This document shows positions 39,822 through 54,400 of a DNA stretch of 64,000 nt, one piece after another (within the stretch, counting starts at the first letter, position 1; every line of letters begins with the position of its first letter). Both the position numbers and the translations under genes were made by a program. This DNA is from Lama glama (lineage: Eukaryota), in NCBI GenBank assembly GCA_028534125.1, contig CM052817.1, forward strand, positions 24,864,001 through 24,928,000, read 5' to 3'. Below the pieces are notes generated by a model, which worked only from the letters and a program-made list of their open reading frames with translations, did not search any database and was not told the DNA's origin.

Positions 39822-41549
39822 AGAATTTTGCTAAAAGTCACTCTAAAAAAAAATCACATTGTAAACTGTGACCATTTTTGTTCTTGATGCAGATTGCAGT
39901 GGAGAAGAGCTCTGTGGGCCACTGGTTTGGGATATGGTGAAAGAGATAGATCTCTTGTTTCTGCTTTTTCTCTTTTTTGAATAAGTTTCCTTTTTCTGGA
40001 CGCTGAGGTGTCTGTCCCACTAACTGCTGCCTGTGATCCTGAATCAACAATCGGAGCAGGCCAACTGGAGAGCTGGCCTGGCTCTCAGAAGGCCTCAGAA
40101 GGGGCTGGCTGGGGAGTGGGGCTAGGGGAGGAGCCTGACACAGGACCAACCGGAAAGCTTACATGTGACTTCCGGGCAGCCTGTCTGGCAGGAGCCCTTT
40201 TCCGGCTACTTGGATTCCAGCGTACATCAGAAGTCATCCTTTCCTGTGGTCAAGTGTTGTATTTGAAATGTTGCTGATTTTACATTAATTCTTTCTTTGG
40301 AATGTGACCAATGATCCTGCACTTGGCTGGGTGCTAGGGTACAAAGTCAAATAAGCTATGACTGCCCCCTTAAGAAGTAGAATGACGTTTTATGTGCCAA
40401 AAATAGATTCTGAATGCTGCGCTGCCAGGAATTAGCAAACACCTGTAAGTTACGGAAGAGGACAGCTGAGAGAACGGGAGGAACCCTAGTATAATAAACA
40501 TCAGCAGTTACGTGAAAAGCTGGCGCTGTACAAAAAGAAACAGACGAATGATAAACTGCTCCAGAAGGCAGGATTTTGCAGAGCCAGATTTTGGGCTCCT
40601 CCTGACAGTGATAGCCACCTAATAATTAAACGGGTTTTATTGAGTAGTGGACGTGGATGGAGGTTTCACCTGGCAAGTCACCATCTTCCTGCGTCCACAC
40701 TTCCCACCATGAGGAACGTTTACTTGACAGTGCCCCCTCTCGTGTCAGACACCTGAGTTGCTCCTAAATCTCTTACATAGAGATGAAGTTGTTTCCTGTG
40801 ATGTCTGGTTGTTCGTCATGGATCTGTTCTGGAGGGACCTTCCAGAATGTAATGCATTTTCCATTGGACACTTGAGTGGGTTTTAAAGACCCTTAGGAAT
40901 TTCTCAGGCTGATGAGTTGGGTGCAGACTGAATGGATATCCTGAGTAGAGGATAGAACATGAGCCAAACCAGAATGGAGCAAAGACATGTAGCTGGAGCT
41001 GCTGTGATTGATGTTTTGCAGATTGCATGGTCGGAGATGAGACAGGGAAGAAAGGCTGGGGTCAGACTTTACAGGGGTTGACATGCCTTGCTAAGGGAGT
41101 TGGGTATTCTTCTTAAGAAGGTGTGCTGTTAAGTGTTAGCCATTAGAGGCATTAATCAGGAAAGTGAAATAATTGGATTTGTTTTTAGATTTTGGAGTGG
41201 AGGATGGAGTAGAGGGTTGAGAGACAGAGGAGGGAGACCAGTTAGGAGGCTATTGCAGTCAGTGTGAAAACTCCGTCCGTGTCTTGATCCATAAGTGTAA
41301 TATGAAGTGGCTCGTTCCTGCTGAACCCGTGTTGATGTCTTCTGATCACTGTCTCTTCTGGTACCCAGAAGGGTTTGAATAGTCTATTTACTGGTCTCTG
41401 ACGGAAGAGAAAGTCAGTCAGATTCTGATTTCCTGTCCTATTGATGCTGACCTGCTTGGTTCCTAAGGAATGATACGAAAAATAACATGAAAGTAAAATT
41501 TGGTTTGCTTCTGCTTGGTCTTCTAAAATATGTATCTTGGTATCTCCCG

Positions 41550-43255
41550 TCTTAAACACAAACCCTCTCCTAACCACATTTCCCATTCCGGCTTCCTCCA
41601 ATGACCCAGCTTTGTGCTCCATTTTTCGAGACTTGCTGTGGTGGCTGCCTTTGCTTCCACTCACCCACTTTCTCCCTGGTTTACCAGTTGGGCTTCCATC
41701 CTGATCATTTCACTGATGGCTCTTCTCATGTCACCAGCCACCTCTAGTTTGTGAAACCTGGTTATCCCCACTCCGCACTTCTTTTATCCTGTGTCTCAGT
41801 AGCTTTCGGCAGAGATGGCAAGGGAGCATTTCTCCTATCCTGAAACACTGTCTTCTCTTGGCCTTTGGAAAACCACGCTCTCCTGTTTTCCCTTTGAATT
41901 CAACGGTGGTTTCTACCCAGTCTCCTTTGTTTGTTCTTCCTCTTCTGTTCTGAGTTTTGTCTTCTACATTTCTCTTCTAGACAGTCTTTCCAGATGAACT
42001 CATCATAACATTAAATACCACCTATTTGCTGGTTGACTCCCAAAGGTAATTTACTGCTTAGACTTACCGATGAGTTCCAGCCTCGTCTGTCCCACTCCAA
42101 ACTTGACTTTTCTACTTAACTGCTAAATAGGCATCGCAAACTCAACATGGTTAAAATAGAACCCTTGAATTTATTCCCCACCAGCCCTGGCTTTCCCAGT
42201 CTTCTGCAGCTCCTAAGTGACAATGACAATTGCTATGGCCAAAATCTGGGAGTCATCTTTGACTTCTCTTTTTCTTTCACACTCTCACGCAGATTGTTCA
42301 AGACCCATTCTAAATCTGTCACGGCTCCATCTCCCTTCACCTGGAATGCAGCAGTACTTCCTAACTTTTCTTCCTGTTTCCATTCTTGCTTCCTTTTTCC
42401 ACCAAGCAAGCATCCAGAGCCATCTCTAGAAAACCTGTCCACTCATGCCACTCCCCTGCTCAAAACCTCTCTAGCGACTTCCCCCTGTACTTAAACTAAA
42501 ATCCTGAATTTTGCTGGAGTTTCCACACGGACCTCATTTCCCACACTCTTTCCGGTGCTCTCTGGACCCCAGCCACCCTGGTGTTCATGTTACTAAATTA
42601 TGACAACCTCATTCTTCACACTGAGCCTTTGTATTTGTTGTTGCCTCTGCCTGGAAGGCTCTGCTCCCAGCTCTTCCTGTGGTTGGTTCCTTAGATCCTT
42701 ATGAACTCAGTTCAAACTGTATCCTCTGGCCTCGCAGTCAAAAGTGTCCCCACACCAGTCTAAAAACATGCAACAAACTAATGAATAAAACAAAAAAGAA
42801 GGAGATTCAGATATGGAGAGTAAGCTAGTGGTTACCAGGCTGAGAGAGAAGGACAGAGAGAGAATATATGGGGTAGGGGAAAAGGGGGGCTATTGTGGAA
42901 TTATATGCAATCATGTGTGTGAAATTTTTGAAAATTGTAAAGCACCATAGAACTTAAAGAATCTTTCATTCAATAAAAATAAATAAATAAAATAAAATCT
43001 GACCATGGATTAAACAAACAAACAAAATTAATGCCCCCACATTGACTGCTGACACCTGACCTGGCTTTAATGTCTCAGAGCACTTACCACTGCCTGAAAG
43101 TATCTTGTTGGTTCCTGTGCTGCTTGTCTACCGTCTCCCCACCTGCCTGAGCAACAGAGAGTGGGGCCCTTGCCTGGCTTGCTGCTGGCCAGACCCTGGC
43201 ACCCAGAACAGTGCCTGCTACAGAGTGGGTGCTTCAGGAATGAGCGAGTGATGCT
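41550..43255 (+). mobile_element. L2 LINE relic, interrupted by an L1 3' end at ~42761-43030
   Basis: aataggcatcgcaaactcaacatgg, ggagtcatctttgacttctct motifs and an L2-type tail. Confidence 0.72.
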
Positions 43256-43848
43256 GCATTTTTGTATTCACTCTTGGGGCTGTGCGCCTCGTTTTGTCAC
43301 TTTTAACTCTTTAACCCAGTTTCGTTGGAAACCCCCAGTGCAGCCGTAGCACTGCATTTCCTCCTTCTTCCTCTCCGTCCTCATCAGGACAGGTTCTCTT
43401 GCTCAGTCCATTCCTAGATCCCACCCTCTCTCCCCGCCCCTCCCGAGCTTCTTTCCCCTCAGGGTCTTTGCTGATAAGATAGCATTCACTGGCTCTCCGC
43501 TCTTTGAAACCTGCCCACTGCTCAGCTTTGGTTTTTATAAGCACCGATTTGGGGGGCATGTACTGCTGATAGTTGTGGGGTAGAGCTCATGAATGCTGAG
43601 TGGTCTTTGCTGCTGAGGAGCTTTGTGGTGTGTAAGTTAAATCCTTTCAGCTGTGATTCGAGCCCATTTTTTTTTTTTGCATCAACCCTTTCTTTCCCCC
43701 CAAATAAATACTTTTTCTGATTATAGAGGCAGTTATGCTCAATGTAAAAAAAATTAGTACAAAAGTGCTAAAATTAAAAGTTTCCTTTAATCCCACCTCC
43801 TAGGGAGAAATGAACATTAACAGATTAGTGTATATCCTTACAGATTTT

Positions 43849-43966
43849 TGGAGGGTGGGTAGTTAGGTTTATTTATTTATTTATTTTAGTGCAGGTACTG
43901 GGGATTGACCCCAGGACCTCGTGCATGCTAAGCACATGCTCTACCCTTGAGCTATACCCTCCCCCC
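43849..43966 (-). mobile_element. tRNA-Ala-derived SINE (Vic-1-like)
   Basis: Perfect 15-bp TSD atccttacagatttt at 43834-43848 and 43967-43981. Confidence 0.9.
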
Positions 43967-44398
43967 ATCCTTACAGATTTTATTTTTTCATTATATAAAC
44001 AAATGTTTCTGTATGTGATCAATTTATATATTCAACTCTACACATTTCTTTTTTAGAGAGAAAGACCTCTCTCTCTTTCTCTCTCTCTATCTCCCTCTCC
44101 ATATATATCAAAAATAGAAAGCATATGCACACATGTAGGTATAGCTATTGATTTAGCTATTTTAGACGTTGTCTATGATGATAGAGGTACATCCTTCTGA
44201 GTGACTGCACGGTTGTGGGCAGCAGGGAGGAAGGAAAGGCTCATTTCACAACTGGCAGAACTGCTCTCGGGTGACAGCATCGTCTTTGTTTAGCTTTGAT
44301 GACCATTCTGGTTATGGAAAGAGAGCATGGCCAGGATGGGCTGGAGGTGACTCAGAGATGTCTGATCTGCCTCACAAAAGAAACAAACAAGATTTTGG

Positions 44399-45676
44399 AG
44401 CAACAAAGGCAAAAATAAGCAAGTGAGACTACATCAGACTAAAAAGCTTCTGCACAGCAAAGGAAACCATTAACAAAATGAAAAGGCTATCTATGGAATG
44501 GGATATATATATATAATTTGCAAATTATATATCTGATAAGGGGTTAATATCTAAGATAAACGAAGAATGCATACTCAATTGCAAAAAAAAACCCCACAAT
44601 TTGATTAAAAATGGGCAGAGGAACTGAATAGACATTTTTCCAATGAAGACATACAGAAAAGGTGCTCAGTAGCACTAATCATCAGGGAAAGGCAAATCCA
44701 AACCACAATGAGATATCATCTCACACTTGTTAGAATGGCTGTCATCAAAAAGACAAAATGTAACAAGTGTTGACTTTGATATGGGTTAAAGGAAGCCCTT
44801 GTGCACTGTTGGTGGAACATAAATTGGTGCAGCCACAATGGAAAACAGTATGGAGGTTCCTCCAAAAATTAAAAATAGACTACAGTGTAATCCAGCAGTC
44901 CCACTTCTGGGTATTATACAAAGGAAATAAAAACAGAATCTTGATGTATCTGTACTCCCATGTTCACTGAAGCATTATTCACAATAGCCAAGACGTGGAA
45001 ACAATCTAAATGTCCATCAGTGGATGAATGGGTGAAGAAAATGTGATACACACACGCACACACAATAGGATATTATACAGTCATAAGAAAAAGAAATTCT
45101 GTTGTTTACGACATCATGGATGGACCTTGAGGGCATGATGCTACGTGAAGTAAGTTAAAGAAAGACAAATACTGTATAGTATCACTTATATGTAGAATCT
45201 AAAAAAGTTGAAATCATAGAAACAGAGATACAGTGGTGGTTACCAGGGGCTGGGGGTAGGGGACATGGAGAGATGTTGGTCAAAGAGGACAAACTTCCAG
45301 ATAAAAGATGAATAAGTTCTGAGGATCTAATGTACAACATGGTGATTATAGTTACTAACACTGTATCATATACTTGAAAGTTGCTAAGAGAGTAGATCTT
45401 AAATGTTCTCACCACAAAAATGAAACAGTAATTATGTGATGAGATGGAGGTATTAGTAACTTTACGATGGTAATCATTTTTCAATCTATAAGTGTATCAA
45501 ATCAACAGGACGTACATCTTAAAGTTACACAATGTTGATGTCAGTTATACCTCAGTAAAGCTGAGGGGAAAGGTACAAGAACAAAATATATACAAATACA
45601 AAAATACAAAAAGATACAACATATAATAAAATAAAATAAAATCCCTAAATAAAAATAACAACAATAACAAAAAAAA
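44399..45676 (+). mobile_element. L1MA-like 3' fragment (ORF2 C-terminus, 3' UTR, A-rich tail)
   Basis: ctaaaaagcttctgcacagcaaaggaaac, accacaatgagatatcatctcacac, agagtagatcttaaatgttctcaccac. Frames disrupted. Confidence 0.9.
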
Positions 45677-47619
45677 ATTTTTGGAGAAAGCCAAGCCTCA
45701 ACAGGACGGGAAGCTGAAGCTAAAGTGAAATTCCTGGTTTGGATGGCGGAGTTGGGAGAATGACCAAGGTCTTCTAGGGACGGGAAGCCTGGTATTAGTG
45801 TCTTGTTAGCTGCCACGTTGATTATGCTGCGGTGATCTCTCTCTCTCTCTCTTTCTCCCACTATGGCCTCTCCTTGCTAATATGTCCCAATAGCTATTAC
45901 AGTCTACAATACGTGAGAGGTCGTGTGAGTGTTATTTGTGGACATTGAAGGAAAAGGGCTGTGTGGCATGTAGCATACAGTGAACAGAGAAGGGATGAGT
46001 TCTAAGAATGAGAGGAAGAAGGACTGGGAAGACAGCCAGTGCTCCCTGGGCTTGGAATCCAGAGGCAGAGGGAACAGGGGGAGCCATGGACTCCCAGGAA
46101 CCCCTGGAGAATTTAGGATGGATGCTGGCCTTCTTTTTCCCCAAGAGAAGAGATTCTGATCCAGTTTTTTAATCTGCCAAATGACAGAATGACCCCTGCT
46201 GCCATCTGGACTCTATATAGATGTGCATAATTTAGCCAAGCCCCTATTAACAGTCATTTAGATTTCCCCCGGTTTCCTATCTTTGTTACAGTTTTCTCTG
46301 GAACCAAAATCTTGCATAGCTTTGTATGTGTATCTTTTAAGCGGACATCGTTAATTAATATAGATGGATAGGAACAATGCCGCCTCCCTCCAAAAAATAG
46401 ACTAAGCATATTTTGAGTATGATCCCCTTACAGCAAGCATGGCTTGGGGCCAGTAGTTGCCCTGTGCTAGTTCCCTGATGTTAAATTTCAATCCAGATCA
46501 CAGTTTAATTATGATGGCAGGCTTTAATGGGATTTACTGCTTAAAAAAAAACAACTGGAGACAAATTGCACATGCATGTGCATAAATGTCACAGCCATGC
46601 GATTTCCATTCTCAAAGCTTCACTTATAACACTTGGATTTCTGAAATCTGTCCTTGCTCTTCTCCTTCCATGATATTCTGGGTTTTCTCAGCACTGCTCA
46701 TGATAAATGAGGTGACTCCCACTGACTTTTACAACGCAGAAAAGAAGAAGGAAGACTGTTTTATATTGGGAAGCTATATTTGGCATTTGTGTTCTAAGAA
46801 GAAAGTAAAATGACAATAAATAAGATTTGAGGTTTTTCCTTCTTGGCTTTTATGTTTCAAAGAGTGAACAAACCAGTGCCATTATGGAGTGTTTCTGGCA
46901 TTTTCTTTAATGGCTGGCCTTACAATTTTTGATCCGTATCCAAAACCAGACGTACCAATGTACACCTCTTCTATCAACTAACTTCAAATGATGCTATTTT
47001 TAAAAATAGATACACAACATACAATATTTTTTAAACTTCTTATTACATTTCTGGCATATATAACACTTTAAAAAAGTTAATTAGCATAATTCAACATAGT
47101 TGTTCAATCATTTTTCCTTTAAGGTTTTTGGATGATGTTTTACTTCTTATAGCAAATGTCAACAACAGGGAGAAAAGATGTGAAAGAAGATGATTGCTAT
47201 CTGGAAGCTCGAAGACTTATCCTTACTTCCTCTTTTAAACTGACAATGTGCATCTTGGAAATGAAAGTTTCAAAAGAAGAAGTAACCCAAAGAATTTTAA
47301 GGTTAGAGATCTTAATTTGGTCAGATAGTTTCTGTGCAGTTAACTACTAAGCAAAGAACGACTACTCCTATTTGAGACTCATAATGTGATCTCTAGTTAA
47401 AAAGTGCATATTTCTGAAAATAAATAACCTAATGTAAATTTAGAATCTGCTGCATCCTCTGTTTCACAGTTCAGATGTCTGAGCTTCCCCTTCTTCGACT
47501 CTATCAGTGCTGAGTGTTTACATTCAATTATCTATACTGACTCTTAAAAGTTAACAAATTCTTTTCATCACAAGCAGAATGTTCTTATTTAGCTTCAGTA
47601 CAGCTGGTGAGGATCAGTT

Positions 47620-48500
47620 TGGTTCCGTCAAAGTGAGCTGAACACTGCACCAGGCATAAGGGATACAAAACCATCAAACAGCCCAGGCCTTGGAGGAACT
47701 TAGGGGGCTGTGAGGGTGGGCAGGAGTTTGGAGAGCAGTCCTAGACTGATGCTTCAGTATTATCTGGTAAGAGGTAAAGAAGTACAGTTATGCTTTGGGC
47801 ACTAGGTGAAGGCTCGTCCCCCTGGGGGTTCCAGAAAGCCATGTGGAAGAAGACGATGGGTGAGCTGATTTTTGGAGGAAGAATGAGAACCAAGTAAAGA
47901 GACAAGGCTGAGAGCCATGAAAAGTGTGCGGTGAGGCATGGCCAAGAGGATGGGAGAATGAGTGAGTGGGCTTCTGACCTTAGTGGCTGCCTGAGATAAG
48001 GAATAGGAAGGATGGGGAGAGGACTTGAGGGAGGGGAGCTGGGGACTTCCATTTGGGACTTGTGGGGTTGAGGAGTGGTTTGAGTGACATCCTGTGGGCT
48101 GAAGCTCCGAAGAGTGGTCAGGGCCAGAGACACACGGTGGGGCAGGTACATGGTAGTCAGAACTATGAGGGTGGTTGGCACTATGCGAGGAGAAAGGAGC
48201 ACTTGGAGACCTGAGTATTTTAGGAGGTGGGTAGGGAAAGGGGAGTCCAAAAAGGAGTATTAAGATAAGAGAAGACCCAGGAGGCAGTGGTGTCCCCAGA
48301 ACTAAAGCTTAGGGAGTTTCAAGAATGAAGACAAGGACAGCAGTGTCAAGAGCAGGAATGAAGTAAAGATAATAGCTGTAAAATTTCCCTAGATTTGGCC
48401 CTGTGGGTGGTCACTGATGACCTTGGGAGTGTCACTGGAGTAGCAGGGGGTGGATGCCAGATGTTGGTGAAGAGTGAGGGGAAGACAAAGACATGGAGAT
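47620..48500 (-). mobile_element. Highly decayed L2 relic
   Basis: Purine-rich plus strand with L2-like words (ggtggtcactgatgaccttgg). Confidence 0.5.
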
Positions 48501-49904
48501 GCCATTGTGACTTCTAACTCAACCTGGGAGGGGAGGGGACAGGGAATATATTACATGTATGTATACATCTAGATAGCTATAGATTATAAAATTTTCATTC
48601 TGCCTGGCCTACTTTTATTTCCTTTTCCTGTTTATCTCTACTCAACCACATCCACTTTTTGTTTTTTATCTTACCTACCTTTCGACCTTAAAAACAATAA
48701 CCACAACTAATTTCCATGCCTCTTTGTAATTTACAAAATGCTCTCACATTTATCACGGTGTATATAATCTGCTCACCTGCTCATTAACTGAATTATAGTT
48801 GTTTAGGATTGAGATTCAGACACACAGGGTTCCAGATGCCTTGGAATTCAACCCCTCTTTTGATGACAAGGAAACTGTGGCTCAGAGAGCCTTACGTCTT
48901 AGGTCAATTTCATTGCTGTTTAGTGGGTCCTGGCACTAGAAACCAATCTCTTGATTTTCACTGCATGACTCTAATTACAATGGGGGATATCGGTGAGGTT
49001 CAGGCAACCCTGCTGGAACTCAGTACAGGAGGAGCTTTGGCCCATAGCCAAATAGGATCCTGTACCTTTAAAGCCTCCTGACTCATCCATGTGCTAATTG
49101 CTGGTAAGCAATAAAACCAAACCACAGACCCTCCAGCCTCCTCTGTGGTCATTGCCTAAGACTCCCTCACTTTATTCCTACTCTTGTCCCCTGTTGGTAG
49201 ACATTCATTCTTTTTGCCAGAACAGCATCTATTCTTAATCTGTCATCAGTTCCTCCATATGGTCCACTGGGAATGACTTATGGCTCATTAGCATATCCTG
49301 TTACCTTGGCCTCAGTAATTGGTTCAGAGAAGGGTTTGTGATCCAAGCCAGGCAAATCAGAATCAGTCCTGGAAAAAGAATCTCTGCTGGAGCTGCTGGG
49401 GACCACGTGGCCCCTGCCTGGAAAGAGCCTGGGAGGATGAAGCCAACGTGGAGGCAGCACCGTGATGGATGGGTTGCTGGGTCCTGGTGATATCACCTGC
49501 TCATGGGATCCAGCCTGCCTGGAGCTGGAGCTCTCCCAGCACCGTCAGGTGTGCAAGCCAGTAAAGTCCCCGTGTTTGAGCCTCTTGAGTGGTAGCTGCA
49601 ACCACAAGAGCCTTAATGAATATTTTCCTTTTTTGTAGCTCCATTTTTTCCCCCTATGTCTTGATTTGACTCACTAAGTTTGATCCTCAAATTCTCTAGG
49701 ATTTGCTTCAGACCAGTCCTCTTACTCGGGGCTTCTTCAAGTTTGCAGTACAATGCTGGTTCCGGTCCCATCAGCCATTCCTTCTCTGTAGCCCCTCCCC
49801 AAACCCTCTCATGGATTGAGTTTATGAGCTGCCTGTGCTTTGTGTGAATTGATTATCGCTATTATTAATAATGACAGAAGAAATTCCTACCCTTAACCCA
49901 GCAC

Positions 49905-50435
49905 TTTTTTATTGTGATAAAATATACATGCGTCACCGTTTTAACCAGTATTAGTACAAATCAGTGGCATTAAGTACGTCTACTATTTTGTGAAACTATC
50001 ACCACTGTTCATTTCCAGGACTTTTTCCTCATCCCAAACAAACTCTGTACCCATGAAAAATAATTCCCAATTTCTCCCTCTCCCTGGTAGCCTCCATTCT
50101 CTTTTCTGTATGGATTTGCCTATTCTAGGTATCTCATATAAGTAGAATCATGTAATATTTTTCTTTTATATCTAACTTATTTCATTTAGCATAGTTTTTT
50201 TCAGGGTTTGTCTATGTTGTAGCACATATCAGAATTTCTTTCCTTCTGAAGGCTGAATAATATTGTATGTTTATCCCGTGTTTTGTTTATCCATGCATCT
50301 GGTGATACAGATTTGGACTCTTTCCACCTTTTGACTACTGTGAGTAATGCTGCTGTGAACATCAATATGCAGGTATCCCTTTGAATCCCTGATTCCAGTT
50401 CTTTGGGCTGTAGACCCAGAGGTGAACTCATTGGA
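49905..50435 (-). mobile_element. L1MB-like 3' fragment
   Basis: ggatttgcctattctaggtatctcatataagtagaatcat, aatgctgctgtgaacatc motifs. Confidence 0.82.
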
Positions 50436-50707
50436 TCAGCCCAGCACTTTGTGTGTGTCAGGCATCGTGCTATATGCATTTTATGCTCATTATTTTGTCT
50501 AACATTCACAACAACTTTAGGAGGCAGTATTATTATTCGTACTTTACAGTTAAGGAATCTTAGGCTCAGAGAAGTTAGCATGACCAAGGACACATCCTTT
50601 TCCACGAACAGTCAATCCCTGTTGGACTCCAGAAGCCATTCTCTTAGTCAGAATGCTGAGGCCACTATCAAATCATCCCTCAGGCCCTTCAAGAAACACA
50701 TGTGGAG

Positions 50708-50866
50708 GGAGAGGGTATGGCTCAGTGGTAGGGTGCATGCTTAGCACGCACAGGTCATTGGTTTGATCCCCAGTACCTCCGTTAAATAAAAATAAATAAA
50801 TGAACAAACAAACCTAATCCCGCCTCCCCCAAAGCCCCCCCGCCTCCCCAAAATAAACAAATAAAG
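50708..50866 (+). mobile_element. tRNA-Ala-derived SINE (Vic-1-like), more diverged
   Basis: 16-bp TSD agaaacaca(t/c)gtggag at 50692-50707 and 50867-50882. Confidence 0.85.
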
Positions 50867-53800
50867 AGAAACACACGTGGAGTAAATACTGTGTGTAAGG
50901 CGCTGGGCCAAATGCTGGAGTACATGGTCACATGTTCATCACACCTGGAGTGCTATTGGTGAATTGGGAGGAGGTACAATCTGTTCTGTGAAGCCCATCC
51001 TGGGTGGAGCCTGGCCCAGTTTTCACACCTGGCATCTCATCTTCTCCGTTTACACCACTGAGCTTTATTCTCCACCAGCTGGAGACCAGTCTCTTTCAGA
51101 GTTGCTTTCCTGCATGAATCCAATCCTGTCTGGAGGTGGCGGGAACAAGGAAACAAGCTACAAAAAAAAAAAATTACATATTCCTTCTGGTTATAAAAAT
51201 GACACATAACCATTACAGACAATTTGGGGCAAAAAATAGAAACATAGAGCAAGGAAAACAGAAACCACCCTATAATCAAGCCATTTAGAGATAATTGTTT
51301 TTAATGAAAGTTTAAAATAAATTAAGGACATGCTATATTATCCTCTATTAGAAAAGATCAAAGGAGTTCGTTATCAATTTACTCTGTAAAACAAAAAGGA
51401 GAAATTGGTCCCTGGATGCCCCCTGCCCCCAGCTACCTCTAATATGTTTAAATTACTCAATTTTGTTACTGCAGATTTATGTCTTCCTATTTGGAGGGCA
51501 TTCATCGTACAGAATTTGCCAGATGGTGCCCTGTGATGGCTCTATGATTATCCATCATCATTAGAGGGAAATGCTCCATAATCTGGCAGCATTAACTTTA
51601 ATTCTGTGGAAGGAATGTGTGTGCTTTGGAAGAAAGGTTCCATGTGAGGGAAGCATCCAGGGTGACCTCCCTAGAGAAGACAGTGAATTCTAGCAGTAAA
51701 CCCCAGATCCCCTCCCTTTGTGCCTCCGTGGAGTCCTCCCAGCCTCCCATCCCTGTAGGTCAGGCTGCTGTGGCTCCTTATTGTTTTAGCATTGCTCTTC
51801 AGGGCTGCTACAGCCATCCGGCACCTTTGTCCAAATTAGAGCCAGGCACCCCTTCCTTCCTCTGGCAGGAGGCAGCCCCGCCTACAGTGGGGCCAGTGGA
51901 ACAGTGCTGAAGACGTTTTCACCTGCTTCCTTGGCCAGGCATCCTTGTTCAGGGAACAACACCTAAAACGCTATGGAATGGTCCTGGTTCTGTCTTTCTG
52001 GGGCTCGTCCCTCTCTGGGGATGCGGAGGCTGTAGAGATTCCAGAGCTAGGTGATGTAGCCCCATTTCTAGCTGAGCCCTGGTGCCGTGGTCCTCAATCA
52101 AACATGTGTTTATTTACTGAGCTCTTACTATCGACAAGTCTAGTCCCCACGGGAAGCCACCTTCTTTCCGCCTTCTCCTTGGCCACAGCCACCACCAGCT
52201 CTGTCTTTTAGAGACTAGAACATTTAACAAAATCCTCTAAATCTCAGCTGAATTTATTGGCAGTTGTTTTGTCTACGGGTGCTTGAAATATCACTAGGTA
52301 ATTACCGAATTCACAGCTATCCAGACGAGCACTGCTCAGGTAGTCGCAGACATGTCAGCAAGGTCTTTCAGAACTATGGCCCCATCTAAAACTCTCATTT
52401 CTAATTCAGGTTTTCATTTGAACCTAAAGCCCTCTCTCCTTCTGCTGAAACAGATTCTATTTCTTCTTTGCGTTTTTGTTCTCAAACTTGCCAGGGCTGC
52501 TTGGTCTCAAGCCTTTCCCTCTATTCAGCCACTGCTGAAGCATCGCTCTCTTATAACTATTGCTATTAAACTCAGATTTTCCTTGACCTGGGGAGCCCAG
52601 ATCCATGGCTCCAGCATCCTTAGTTTTTGCTTTACCACAGTGATGTTTGTATAAGGGCAAAAACAGCAATTGTCTTGGACGTGGTGGATGAATTTTTCAT
52701 TTTAGAAAAATCTTTGCACCATTGTGCAGATGAAATGTAATTTTGTGGAAATCTGGGATACAGAGGCAAGTTAAGCTGCTTAAATACAGATCCTTGTTTT
52801 GTCTAGTTAATTCACCCTCAAAAATGTGAGTACGATGAAATTCAGATTATTATTGCCCATTCACAAAAACAGTACTGATTGCTATGTGTATGGCAGATGT
52901 GATACAAAGCTGTGGTCTAGAGCTGAAGGACCTTGGAAAAGGTACTGAATCGCTCTGTGCCTCAGTTTCCTCATATGTAAAATGGGAACAATAATAATAC
53001 CACTGTCCTTGAGTTGTCATAAGGATGAAATGAGTTAATATGTGTGAAGTGCTTAGAACAGGACCCGGCATATAGTAAGGCATGTAAACGTTAGCTATTA
53101 CATGAAAAAATACTGAATGATTATCTTTTGGAAGCCAGACAAAATTTAGGTATGCATTTCTATAATGTAGTGTTCCTTTTTAATGCTTCGGCCAAGCTAA
53201 TTGTGATTAAATTCAACAATGACAAATACCAAATGTTTAAATGTTTTAAAGCCGAGTGGTGTTTTGTGTTTGTTTTGCGAACTTCTGATAGTTGAATTAC
53301 CCTGGGAGTTTTCCTTCTCAGCTGGGCTGTATTTGTCAGAGTCAAAGTAAGCGTAACAAGTAGAACCTTGATCTTCCTTCCTTTTGCATCTGATTGTCGA
53401 GTCTCTGTTTCTGTTACTCTTTCTTAATCCCTGTGACAGGATCCTCTGCTCTGCTTTGCTTCTTGCATAGTTTGTTTGGATTCTACGCTCTCTCTTCCTC
53501 ACTGCATAAGCCAGCCAGCCCGTGCAGTGGGTAAACTTTAGAACTTGATTTTGCAGCTTGTCTGTGCACAGTAAACAGCCAACCTGTGCCAGCTTTCTTC
53601 TAGGCTCTTTTTTTTTGGCACAGGAGTGACGCCTGGCTGCTGTGGTCAGGAATGCCACAGGCTCCACTGTGGGGAAGGGTGGTGGGGAGGAGCGGAGTGG
53701 GTGGGCAGGATCTGAGCTGAAATAGAAGAAATTCAACTTTCTGCTATTGCAGTCTTTTCTGTTGCAGAAAAGGATGTCATCACACCTTTGAGAAATTGAT

Positions 53801-54400
53801 GATGGCCAGTTAATTTCCCTTTTTACACTATAGTATTTATTTTTAACAAGTAACTTCTTGAAATTCAATGTCATATGAACTGTAGGCAGGATTATCTGAA
53901 GCCTCATGAGCCCTTCCTGAAGGCTCTCGAGGCTGGGTTTAGGAGCTGCGGGCAGGAAACAAAAGAATTTCCTTCTGGACTGCTGGTCCGAGCCTATCAA
54001 CACCTTCCTCTATCTGTTGGTGCTTTAAATTTGTTGTGATGAAACTGTAAGATGGCTTAATGTAAAACATAAAACCATATCCAGTAATTTGTATCTTTCT
54101 AATCTCTTTTTGATGATTTCATAAGTGACTGGTGGTATCTGTAGTTAAGAGGTACCAGAGACACTTTTTCCTTCTGTATATCTAGTCTAGCTTTTGTCTG
54201 TTTATCTATCAGTCCAGCTCTTGATACAGAAGTGATCATGGGTAATTTATATGTACACACAAAATACAACAATATTCTATGGATTAAAAATTGGATGACA
54301 GAGGAAAGAAACACAATGAAAAGGACATCATATTGAGTCAGACAAGAAAGCTAAAATGCAGTATCATGCAGCATTACACCCGTGTCATGTAACAGCACAC

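Noticed and set aside
53197..54003. 268-aa minus-strand ORF
   Set aside because: Non-AUG start, no recognisable domain, intronic composition. A blastp search would settle it.
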